From Bacteroidota bacterium (GTDB taxonomy: Bacteria > Bacteroidota > Bacteroidia > Chitinophagales > Chitinophagaceae), in assembly GCA_030706605.1 (NCBI GenBank), contig JAUZOE010000007.1:8729-72728 (forward strand): DNA of 64,000 nucleotides. The letters are read 5' to 3'. Shown piece by piece: positions 9,844 through 18,810 of this stretch (position 1 is the stretch's first letter; every line of letters starts with the position of its first letter). The position numbers and the translations under genes are program-made. The notes below the pieces were generated by a model, which did not search any database, was not told the origin of the DNA, and saw only the letters and a list, made by a program, of their open reading frames with translations.

Positions 9844-12138
9844 TTACTCACTCATTACCACATCTTTCCTTCTAGCTTCAGGTGTAACAATTAATTTAGT
9901 CACTTTACCATTCTTATAAACACATTCTACTGTAGTATTATACGGTGCATTCAGTTTGAAACTCACGTCCCAGTTTTTAGGCCAGGCAGGTAGCAATCTT
10001 ATTTCTTTATCATCACATTGCAATAACATCGATTGTGTTGTCTTCAGCAAAACACTTCCATGGTCCTGGTCGGGTACCCAATCATAATTCGGTCCCCAAA
10101 ATGCCGGAAAGCGGTTTTCTTTACTCCAATGTGAAGCCCTGTTAATAATACCATTTTTTGCATCATCGGCTTTGCCGAGCAATGCAGCCCAAAGATCATC
10201 CTGGCGCCAACCTTCATATCCTTTAGGATCCCTGTAATCCCAGGCATTTACAGCCAATTTCATTTCGGGCTTGCCTAATCCATAAAGTCTAAAAGGGAAC
10301 ACTGCATAGAGTTCGGGATTTTCTACATTAGATTTATGCTCAAATTTTTCTGCGGGGGCCAGCATCTTTTTATTTTCAAATTCACGTGTAGGGATATTCG
10401 GTATAATCTTCTCCATCTTAATTACCAGACTTTTTAATCGCTGTGGAACCAATTCCGATGGCAGCTCTTTTATTTTTTTTATAAGATAATGTACTCCTGC
10501 AATTTCAGGTAAAGCATTGGTACAATTCCACCAGGTTTCCAACGCCTGTGACGGCTCAAATTTTAAATGTCCTGTTTCGTCTAAATGATAATGCTGATCA
10601 AAAAATAATAAAATTTGTTCCGTTAACGGCAACAAGGTATCTGTAGCAAATCTTTCTTGTTGCGTGTATTCATAATATTCAAACATTAATGAAGACAACT
10701 CCAGTCCGCTTACCCATTCCCGCTTATGCCAGCCACTTGCCTGCAGCCTGTCTGTTGTTTCATCTAACGGTTTTTCTCCCCATGTTTCAGTAAAAGTGCT
10801 GCCCCAGAAATAAGTACATTCGGGATAATAGGCTCCCTCGTGATGAAAAGAAACTTGCGTCCTGTATTTTTCTAAAGACAATTGTGCAAAATACGTTTTA
10901 AACAAAGGGCGCATCATTTCAAAGTCTCCGGCTGCAGCCATTGTCCAATAAGGCAATCGTGTATTCTGCCACCAGTAACCCGTTCCCCATCTGCGGTAAT
11001 CGGCAAAACCTTCTGTTCCCGGGTAATCCACCGTAAAAATGGAGCCGTTGAATTTAATAGGATACTTTCCCCTTCCTGCACAACCATTAATAAATCTTTG
11101 AAGTGTGTATCCTCGGGTTATGACCATTCCTGTATTTTCTTTTCCCAATGGGGTTTCAACAGAATCATTATTAGAAATAGTAAGCCAACTCCTGTTCCAA
11201 AACTGATGCCACCAGTTTTCATGTTTCTGATAGAAATTGTTGGTATTTACCATTTGCTTTTTACCAATTAAATTTTCTATTGAGGCTACCCATTCGATAG
11301 ACGTGGAAGGATGTTGAGTAAGTACAGCAATCTGCAAATGTCTTTTTCTCCCTGAATTGCTTGCCAAAGTTGAATCATCAATTTTCTTAAAACCATCTCC
11401 CTCCATCATAGCTCCGAAGATTCTATCCTTTAAAGGATTTTGTAATGGAAAATCTTCCAGTCCCTGCATTTTCAAATTCAATCTAAAACCCGAAACATCG
11501 GGATTGTGATGATACCAAACGATCGCACCAGGTTCTTTCATCAGCACATCAGGCTGAATAATCGTAGGGCCATATTCTTCGGGGAAATAATTCAAATCGC
11601 TGATCTCTAATTTTTTCATTGTGTCAACCTTATTTCTCCATATTTGCGTATAGGCAGTAAGGTGAGTTGTATTAGGAACATCTGCATCGAGGTTAATTAC
11701 GGGATGATTCGCATCTACCCAAACATTTATTTGAACTGCCTTTGCACCACTTCCGGCCCGGATACTTATTTTACCATTGTAAATATCCAGTGTTTGAATA
11801 AATGTTTTTTCGTCTTCAAAGGGATTGGGAGATACATTGACGACCACCTTCCCAATTTTTAACAGCCGCCCGTTTTCTCCCCAAGAATCTGTTTTACTAA
11901 TGTAAAAACAAATATTTCCATTTGCCTCCGTCCAAACATTTAAACCAATATCTCCATTTCCTAAAGGCATGCTGGCATGAGAGCTGCCACCAACAGTTTT
12001 CCAAACAATATTATTTTGCTGAATAATCCGGGCAAGCTTTCCATTTTGCGCAGTACAATTTTTTTGCATAAGAACAAAAGCAAGAAAATAAATGCTGGTA
12101 TGCAAAATCAATCGAAACTTATATTTTTTCATAATCAT
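9844..12138 (-). CDS. GH95-like / DUF5703 (alpha/alpha)6 glycoside hydrolase, possibly a 1,2-alpha-L-fucosidase relative
   Basis: MPLGNGDIGLNVW N-terminus, LQRFINGCAGRG.YPIKFNGS, QSMLLQ...IRLLPAWPKNWDVSFKLNAP C-terminus; signal peptide. Confidence 0.75.
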   Translation of the reverse strand: MIMKKYKFRLILHTSIYFLAFVLMQKNCTAQNGKLARIIQQNNIVWKTVGGSSHASMPLGNGDIGLNVWTEANGNICFYISKTDSWGENGRLLKIGKVVVNVSPNPFEDEKTFIQTLDIYNGKISIRAGSGAKAVQINVWVDANHPVINLDADVPNTTHLTAYTQIWRNKVDTMKKLEISDLNYFPEEYGPTIIQPDVLMKEPGAIVWYHHNPDVSGFRLNLKMQGLEDFPLQNPLKDRIFGAMMEGDGFKKIDDSTLASNSGRKRHLQIAVLTQHPSTSIEWVASIENLIGKKQMVNTNNFYQKHENWWHQFWNRSWLTISNNDSVETPLGKENTGMVITRGYTLQRFINGCAGRGKYPIKFNGSIFTVDYPGTEGFADYRRWGTGYWWQNTRLPYWTMAAAGDFEMMRPLFKTYFAQLSLEKYRTQVSFHHEGAYYPECTYFWGSTFTETWGEKPLDETTDRLQASGWHKREWVSGLELSSLMFEYYEYTQQERFATDTLLPLTEQILLFFDQHYHLDETGHLKFEPSQALETWWNCTNALPEIAGVHYLIKKIKELPSELVPQRLKSLVIKMEKIIPNIPTREFENKKMLAPAEKFEHKSNVENPELYAVFPFRLYGLGKPEMKLAVNAWDYRDPKGYEGWRQDDLWAALLGKADDAKNGIINRASHWSKENRFPAFWGPNYDWVPDQDHGSVLLKTTQSMLLQCDDKEIRLLPAWPKNWDVSFKLNAPYNTTVECVYKNGKVTKLIVTPEARRKDVVMSE

Positions 12139-12188
12139 ATTTTAAAACTGATACAGCGATGAGTCATAAAATTTAACCCACAAAAGAT

Positions 12189-14351
12189 TTAGCTGGCAAC
12201 ATTAAACAAAACATTAGTCGGGATCATTTCTTTTTTTCCAGCACTATTTTGCCAGGAAACTTTTAACTCGTTATCCCCGCCTGCGTCAAAGTAAACAACT
12301 TTTATTCTATGGTACCCTTTTTTCAAGGCTGCTCTGCCAGGCCTTTCAATACCGCGATGTTCACCATCGTTGTTCACCACTTCTTCGTCATCTATAAATA
12401 ATTTACTGCCATCATTAGAATAGGTAAAGAAATTATAGATTGCCTCTTTACTTATAGCAATATATCCATCAAATTGTAGGGCATACTTTTCTTTACGCTG
12501 TTTTACTTTTTCAGTTATAATACCTGATATCCCTTGTTTTATTACAGGTGAAGTTTGAATAGATTCCAGACTAATTGTTCCATCAGGCTCATAATATTTC
12601 CATGAAATCCCGGTCTTCAGATTTTTCATTTTAGTTCCCTTTAACCATGGATAACATTTTATTTCAGCAGAAACAATATCACTGGGAAGTAAGTTTGGCA
12701 ACAAAGTAATCGCTTTTACAACAGAAGTTTTATTTATGGAAAATGGGGTCGCGTATAATGATGAATTGCCGTTAGGGGTGCTGCCATCTAATGTATAGCG
12801 TATCTCACCACTATTATTTTTAGAAAAAGCTATAACAGGGTTTACGGAAGCTTCTGGATAAGACACTTTCATAAGGGGTTTATGCGCAAATTTTCCGTAA
12901 TTCAATATTTTTAACACAAAGGCGTAAGGCGCATTTATTTTATTAGGATCATAACCGGGCAAAGAAACCACTACGTCTTTCCCCTGCTGTTGCCATAAAA
13001 GATTTTCTTTTGTTGATAGAAAATTTATAGTGGTTCCTTCGGGTAAGGTAATATCTTTTAAAACTATTTTTTTATCATCCGGGTATTTTGGAAAAATGGC
13101 ATATAATGAATTGGCGGTTGGGTTATATGTATAAAAAATTTCTTTCACGGCATAGCCGGAGTCTGGGTCAACAGTGATTTTCAACAGCAAGTCATTGTCG
13201 CCCTTCTTAGGTTTGTACTCCCTGTTCCCTTCACTCCATTGTGAAGATACCTTCCATCTTTCTGTATTATAGATGGCTTCTGAATTGATGTCCATCCAAC
13301 TACCAATTTGCAATAAACGTTCCTGCATGATGGGTGGAATTTTTCCATGTGCATCAGGACCTATATCTAATAAAAAATTTCCACCACGGCTTACTTTATC
13401 TATTAATTGAAGCACCAATGATTGAGCAGAATTATAATCCCATGCATCTTCCGCACGGTTATATCCATAGCTGGCTCCCATGCCGCGGCTCTCTTCCCAG
13501 GGATGGTTTTCAAAATCAAGATCGGGCTGGTATTCCGGCGTGTACACGCCACCGTGATGAAACCGGACACCGCTTCCCCACCGGTCATACGTTACTACCT
13601 TGTCTTTAACCGGGCTGTCATCATACAGCCATGCAAGGAACTCCTGCGATTTCCAGGTGGATGCCGGCGCATCCCATTCTCCGTCTGTCCAGAATACATC
13701 AGGTTTATACCTATTGATGAGTTCTTTCATTTGCGGCCACATGTGCTGACTCACATACTTGTCCCTGTCACTTAACCATAATGGGTCATACCATTCATAC
13801 AGGGAGTAATACATACCTGCGTGTACGGAGGTTTTACGAAGTGCTTTAAAAAGGTCGCCCAGCAAATCCCTGTGCGGCCCTGCAGATACTGCATTCCATG
13901 GGAAACCCCAATCCCTGTCAGCCTCTTTGCTGGGCCACAAACAAAATCCATCGTGATGCTTTGATGTAAGCACAACATATTTGGCACCAGACTTCTCAAT
14001 TAATTGTGCCCATGCATCCGGGTTAAATAATTCAGCATGAAAGTTTTTCACCAGGTCATAATAAGAACGGTCACCGAAATTTTCGTGCTGGTATTTTATT
14101 CTTACTGAATCACCACTCCTCAAACCATTTTGATACCATTCGGCATATTGGCCCTTTGAAGAATATCCCGGAACAGAATACACTCCCCAATGAATAAATA
14201 TTCCAAACTTCGAATTGGTATACCATTGCGGCACCGGCCTGGTATCAAGAGATTCCCATGAAGCGGTGTATTGTGCAAAGTTGTTGCTATAAAAAAACAG
14301 GAAAATGCATACCAATAAATTTCTGAGAATAATACTTTTTTGAATTTTCAT
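12189..14351 (-). CDS. GH29 alpha-L-fucosidase with Fn3-associated (chitobiase-type) and PA14 domains
   Basis: KFGIFIHWGVYSVP, LTSKHHDGFCLW, VFWTDGEW (nucleophile), LLDIGPDAHG; RYTLDGSTP domain; PA14 (FFTYSNDGSKLFID). Start placed at the second Met (ATG 14351). Confidence 0.9.
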   Translation of the reverse strand: MKIQKSIILRNLLVCIFLFFYSNNFAQYTASWESLDTRPVPQWYTNSKFGIFIHWGVYSVPGYSSKGQYAEWYQNGLRSGDSVRIKYQHENFGDRSYYDLVKNFHAELFNPDAWAQLIEKSGAKYVVLTSKHHDGFCLWPSKEADRDWGFPWNAVSAGPHRDLLGDLFKALRKTSVHAGMYYSLYEWYDPLWLSDRDKYVSQHMWPQMKELINRYKPDVFWTDGEWDAPASTWKSQEFLAWLYDDSPVKDKVVTYDRWGSGVRFHHGGVYTPEYQPDLDFENHPWEESRGMGASYGYNRAEDAWDYNSAQSLVLQLIDKVSRGGNFLLDIGPDAHGKIPPIMQERLLQIGSWMDINSEAIYNTERWKVSSQWSEGNREYKPKKGDNDLLLKITVDPDSGYAVKEIFYTYNPTANSLYAIFPKYPDDKKIVLKDITLPEGTTINFLSTKENLLWQQQGKDVVVSLPGYDPNKINAPYAFVLKILNYGKFAHKPLMKVSYPEASVNPVIAFSKNNSGEIRYTLDGSTPNGNSSLYATPFSINKTSVVKAITLLPNLLPSDIVSAEIKCYPWLKGTKMKNLKTGISWKYYEPDGTISLESIQTSPVIKQGISGIITEKVKQRKEKYALQFDGYIAISKEAIYNFFTYSNDGSKLFIDDEEVVNNDGEHRGIERPGRAALKKGYHRIKVVYFDAGGDNELKVSWQNSAGKKEMIPTNVLFNVAS

Positions 14352-14580
14352 TGTGAATCGTTTAGATGGAAAGAAGTTGATCAAAGTAAAAACAATTTAT
14401 TCAATAAATATCACGCAACGGCGCATGATAATATAAGGTACTAATCAGTTGTTGCTACTGCTGTTGTCGGAGTTTCCGCTAACAAATTTTATTGCGAACA
14501 ATCATTGTCAAAATACAAGTTTTAGATTTGTCAATGTTTCTGAATTATGATTCTGAAATCTTAATGGCTACTATTTTTAT

Positions 14581-14856
14581 CTGGCACAATATCAAAAGGA
14601 ATTATCGGAATTCCCCAACGGGTATCTTCTACAAAATATTTTTGAATGGAATTAATCAATTTTGCAGTTTCCTTATCATTGGACGCTGCCCTGTAGTTAA
14701 GTAATTATCAGAATTTTTCTTTGGGGATCATCCTTGCTATGAGGTCTTTTACTCTTTCTTTTATTGGAAGCTTAGGATTTTTATAGGGCAGTATTGTTTG
14801 AGAAAAAGCTATTCAACTAAACAATATCAGGCTAAAAAAACAAGAACTTTTTTCAT
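14581..14856 (-). pseudogene. GH3 beta-glycosidase N-terminal remnant
   Basis: Manual translation: MKKVLVF / frameshift in T7 / SLILFS*IAFSQTILPYKNPKLPIKERVKDLIARMIPKEKF**LL...AKLINSIQKYFVEDTRWGIPIIPFD; starts 13 nt after the GH31 stop. Confidence 0.75.
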
Positions 14857-14869
14857 AACTTTCCTATTT

Positions 14870-17017
14870 TTATTTCGTCATAAATTTCCACGAAAAATTA
14901 CTGTACGACCATATATGGGCGCCTTTAGGAATACTCACTTCCCCTTTCAACTCTCCCATACTATCTTTTGTAACCGATAATTTGATGCGTGTAAATTTTC
15001 CTTTTTCATAATCGTAACTTATTCCATCATCATCATACAAATTATAGCTGCTTTCCTTATAGCCATAGTATCTTATTTCGACAGGCAATTTTTCTGAATC
15101 TATAGTTGTCACCGGAGGCATCATAGGAATAATGCCGCCATCCCGAACATAAACAGGGATGATATCCAAGCCTGGAGCAACAGTAATTACTTCTCCTTCA
15201 CCGGCATATTTTCCTGTATAAAAATCGAACCATTTGCCTTCCGGCAAAATTACTTTCCTGCTTTTTTGCCCCGCAAATAAAGGAGCTACCAGCAAATTAT
15301 CACCCACCATAAACTGATCTTTTATTTCTTGCTTAACAGCTTTTGCATAAGGGTTATCGGTTGAATTCAATGCCCCGCCAGAAGTTGTGACAGGGGCATT
15401 AAATCCAGGTATAAGATTCATGGCTTTGACAGGTGGCGTACCATAAAATGCATAGTCAGCAAAGCTTGTATAGAGGTAAGGAATTAACTGCATCCTCAGA
15501 TCAGCAATATCCTGCACCTGCTTTTCCACTTCAGGAAAAGACCATGGCTTGGTACCATCAGCCCATGCATTGATCATGGCAAGCGGGGAAAAACAAACCG
15601 TTTGCATCCGCCTTAACCATTCCTCGGCTGTTGGTGAACTGCGTACTTCAGGTGTCCACAATACTCCTATAAAAGAACTGTTGATTAGTGCAGTAATAAA
15701 ATCAGGGTGACTGTAATAATCATTGTAAATAACATAAGGGAAAGATGATGCACCTGCATTGGACGCTCTCACCAATCCATACGTTCGTATATTTTGCTTA
15801 CGGTATAAATCAGTGGCCATCTTCTGCATCATCAGGCCGTAAGTTTGCCGTATTTGTTCCGCTGAATTACCGGAAGGAAACCTGGCAACATCCGGCCACA
15901 GCCATTCATCAAAACCATCGTTCTCATCCATTTTAAAACCACTTACTCCTCTACTTAGTAAATGTTTATACAAATGATCTCCGATAATTTTCTGTGCCTG
16001 GGGCATAGAGTAATCGGGTACTAATCCTGCCCATACCGTAAAAGATGCTGTGTAAGGAAAAATTTTTTTGTATAGTTCTCCATCTGGAGAAATGTAAGGA
16101 TTCATCCACAGGTTAACATGGATGCCCCTTTGTTGTAAGCTATCGATAAATATTGCCGGATGAGGGAAACGATCCTTGTCCCATTCATAGGTGCAGGGGT
16201 ATGATTTGCTTTGCCAGCCAGGCTCCAGCCCGATTACACTTAAAGGAAATTTATGTTCCGCATATTGTTTCACTTCATTCATCACATCTTTATCACTATA
16301 TAAGGTTGGTGTACGATGCCAAAATCCCAAACCCCATTTGGGTGGCAGGCAACCGCCACCGTTATATAAATTATACCGGCGCACCGCGTCTATCATGTCC
16401 GGGCCGCCAAATACAAGGATCTCAGCACCCTCCGCAGGCACCAGCATTTCAATGTTATCTGAGTAGGGATTAGCCTCCCAGTTTTTATCCGTATTTCTGT
16501 CCCGGACAGCAGGCGGATGCTTACTATCCCGTTCCACCGCAGTACCTACCCACACATCAATATACCTGGCAGCATTAATCAAGACTCCATAACCATTCGA
16601 TGAAACGTAAAATGGCACCGGCGCATGGGTGCGACCGTTATCCTGTCCTCCGTAATGATCAACGTGCAGGCGCATAATGCGACCTCGTTGTTCAACGGTT
16701 TTGAAATTTAAACCCAAACCAAAAATCTTTTCTGCGGAATCCAAAGGAAACCGCAGGTAAGTTTTGCCATCTACCAGAGTTACTTTTATTTCATCGTTTG
16801 GTAAAGGGAAATTTACCGGCGGCATAGAACTTAAGGCTGCTATTTTTGGATGTAAACCTGTGACAGTATAGAAATTAAATTTATCCGGCTTACCTACTTT
16901 AGCGCTCCAAACTCCGGGTGCTACAACATTCCATTTTAAATTGGTTTGCGCAATTGCAACTATAGTTGACAAAACAAAAAAGGTAAACAGGTAATATTTC
17001 AATTTTGGAAAGATCAT
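14870..17017 (-). CDS. GH31 family glycoside hydrolase
   Basis: PVPFYVSSNGYG, PPKWGLGFW, GFKMDENDG nucleophile region, LIPYLYTSF, QFMVGDNLLVAP, LYDDDG.S..Y (DUF5110-like C-terminus). Confidence 0.85.
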   Translation of the reverse strand: MIFPKLKYYLFTFFVLSTIVAIAQTNLKWNVVAPGVWSAKVGKPDKFNFYTVTGLHPKIAALSSMPPVNFPLPNDEIKVTLVDGKTYLRFPLDSAEKIFGLGLNFKTVEQRGRIMRLHVDHYGGQDNGRTHAPVPFYVSSNGYGVLINAARYIDVWVGTAVERDSKHPPAVRDRNTDKNWEANPYSDNIEMLVPAEGAEILVFGGPDMIDAVRRYNLYNGGGCLPPKWGLGFWHRTPTLYSDKDVMNEVKQYAEHKFPLSVIGLEPGWQSKSYPCTYEWDKDRFPHPAIFIDSLQQRGIHVNLWMNPYISPDGELYKKIFPYTASFTVWAGLVPDYSMPQAQKIIGDHLYKHLLSRGVSGFKMDENDGFDEWLWPDVARFPSGNSAEQIRQTYGLMMQKMATDLYRKQNIRTYGLVRASNAGASSFPYVIYNDYYSHPDFITALINSSFIGVLWTPEVRSSPTAEEWLRRMQTVCFSPLAMINAWADGTKPWSFPEVEKQVQDIADLRMQLIPYLYTSFADYAFYGTPPVKAMNLIPGFNAPVTTSGGALNSTDNPYAKAVKQEIKDQFMVGDNLLVAPLFAGQKSRKVILPEGKWFDFYTGKYAGEGEVITVAPGLDIIPVYVRDGGIIPMMPPVTTIDSEKLPVEIRYYGYKESSYNLYDDDGISYDYEKGKFTRIKLSVTKDSMGELKGEVSIPKGAHIWSYSNFSWKFMTK

Positions 17018-17090
17018 GCTAAATAATGTTATTTAAAATTTTATGGAATCTTATTATATTAAAGGTAAAATCAAACTTGCGAACAGATCA

Positions 17091-17943
17091 TCAATTATTC
17101 TTCTCTTTGCTTATTTTTTTTACCTCGATTTTCTTTACATCCGTTTTCACTTGCCCTCTTGTCATATTTTCAATATTAACTAAAGGTTGCCAATCTGTAT
17201 TGAATTTATTTTTTTGCATGCTCACATTTTTACAGGCTGTTAGTTGTACTGATATTTTATTTGTGCCCGGTTTCAAAAAGGGGGTTTGATTAATTACACT
17301 GTTACTGAACACCCAACCTTCAGTATTTCTTGCTTTAAGCAAAGGGGTTATTGGTTTTCCATCCTTCGCCATACCATATTAGTTTGTTATGATTATTTTG
17401 TTTTTCAATCGCATACCATGAATCACGATTCACATCGGCAACTACTTCCGTTTTTGTTTTTGAAACTATTTTCATCTCCGACATGGTTGGCCTTTCAAAA
17501 TCAAATTGCAAATCTTTCACTTTAAAATTGCGACACCGATCTATTGCCATCAGCATCATTTTTCCATGATACACCACCAAAGTATTATTTCCTTCCAAAG
17601 TGATATTGGATAAATTTTCGAAAAGCATTCCGATCGTTTTCTCTCTAGATAAAGTGCCATCTTCTGTAGCGTTCGAAATATAAAATTCCCTGCGTTCAGC
17701 GCCGTCCGGCCAGATATCTACTCTCCCGCCGGGAAAACGAATGGTACAGCTATCGGTGCCCCTCGTATCTTTTATAGCCTGGGCAATCGCAGCGGAAGCA
17801 TTTTGGTATGAATTGGAAACGACTCCATAATCTGAAAGGTTGATTATTTTTTGAGAAAAAACCGGAGTCACACTTATCAGTATCACCGTTATGCCTACAA
17901 TTATTTTATTGAAGCGCAGTAACCATTTAATTGTCATTTTCAT
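17091..17943 (-). pseudogene. GH110 alpha-1,3-galactosidase-like gene with a large internal deletion
   Basis: N-terminal 202 aa (INLSDYGV, IRFPGGRVDIWPDGAERREFYISN, NITLEGNNT..YHGKM, FDFERPTMSE) stop at 17335. An overlapping frame gives PLLKARNTEGWVFSNSVI..., like a GH110 C-terminus. The central beta-helix region is absent. Confidence 0.7.
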
Positions 17944-18134
17944 AAAACCTGCTTAATTGATATGAAATTGATTCATGCTAATTCTTATTCCTATTTAAAG
18001 AATTTTATGCCATTTAAAACCGGGATAATCATCTTTGCCAAAAGGCGACTTAAAAAAAGTATGGTTTAATATGTACCATAAACAAGATAATACAATGCAC
18101 ACTAAAAGAAACAATAATGCAGTAGTCTTAACTT

Positions 18135-18710
18135 TCAATCATTATTCTGCCCGAAATGATAGGCTACTCCACCATACAGAATATTTGGAGTTAATGATAA
18201 GTTGGAATAATTAGAGAACGTTCCCCAAACAGAATAGGATACATTTACTTCAAACCTATTACTTATAATAGCTCCAAGACTTGCAGAACCATTCAACCAC
18301 CCTTTTTCAAAAGGATAATAATTATTAAATGTTTGGGTGGTATTGGTAGACGGTGTGGTCTCAACATATTTATTCACACGACAGGAAGCTAAGTTATAGC
18401 AAAGTTTAACCCCGGCATAAACTTTATAAGAGTTCCTTTTCCGTAACAAATTATAGAGAAAAGAAACTGAAGGCGTAATATTATTTAATTTTAAAGAATA
18501 CGTAAGCTCCTTTACCGGGGACATAGAGTTATCTGCTCCGGTTTTATTACCGTAATAATTTAATGAAGAATACGTAAGCTCAAACCTAATCATAAAATCG
18601 TTGAGGTTCCTACCCGAAAAAACATCCATGCCAATACTAATTACAGGGGAAATCTTCTTTGAATAATTCAAATCTGATATATCAGGAATATCCTGTAAAC
18701 TTAATAAAAA
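18135..18710 (-). pseudogene. N-terminally truncated outer-membrane beta-barrel protein
   Basis: Alternating beta-strand pattern (PSVSFLYNL, YKVYAGVKL, LGAIISNRFEVNVSY, YGGVAYHF). No signal peptide or ATG; the frame begins abruptly just downstream of the susD terminator. Confidence 0.55.
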
Positions 18711-18730
18711 AAAAACTCTTTACTGTTTAC

Positions 18731-18772
18731 AAAAAAGAAAGGCTGGCCCATTCGGGCCAGCCTTTCTTTTTT
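18731..18772 (-). terminator. intrinsic terminator downstream of susD (bidirectional shape)
   Basis: Perfect 19-bp inverted repeat AAAAAAGAAAGGCTGGCCC-ATTC-GGGCCAGCCTTTCTTTTTT. Confidence 0.9.
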
Positions 18773-18810
18773 GATATTTTCCTTTTAAAGACTGTCTTTA
18801 AAAATCACTT

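Noticed and set aside
2935-14710. Genome-wide UGA=Trp recoding, suggested by TGA at expected Trp positions (2935, 3831, about 14708)
   Set aside because: Intact genes use TGG for Trp and several end in TGA (e.g. 2149, 9224, 28070). The TGAs occur only in damaged genes, consistent with ordinary G-to-A nonsense mutations
14798-14980. Plus-strand short ORFs around 14492-14980
   Set aside because: Antisense to the GH3 remnant and the GH31 end; no coding signal
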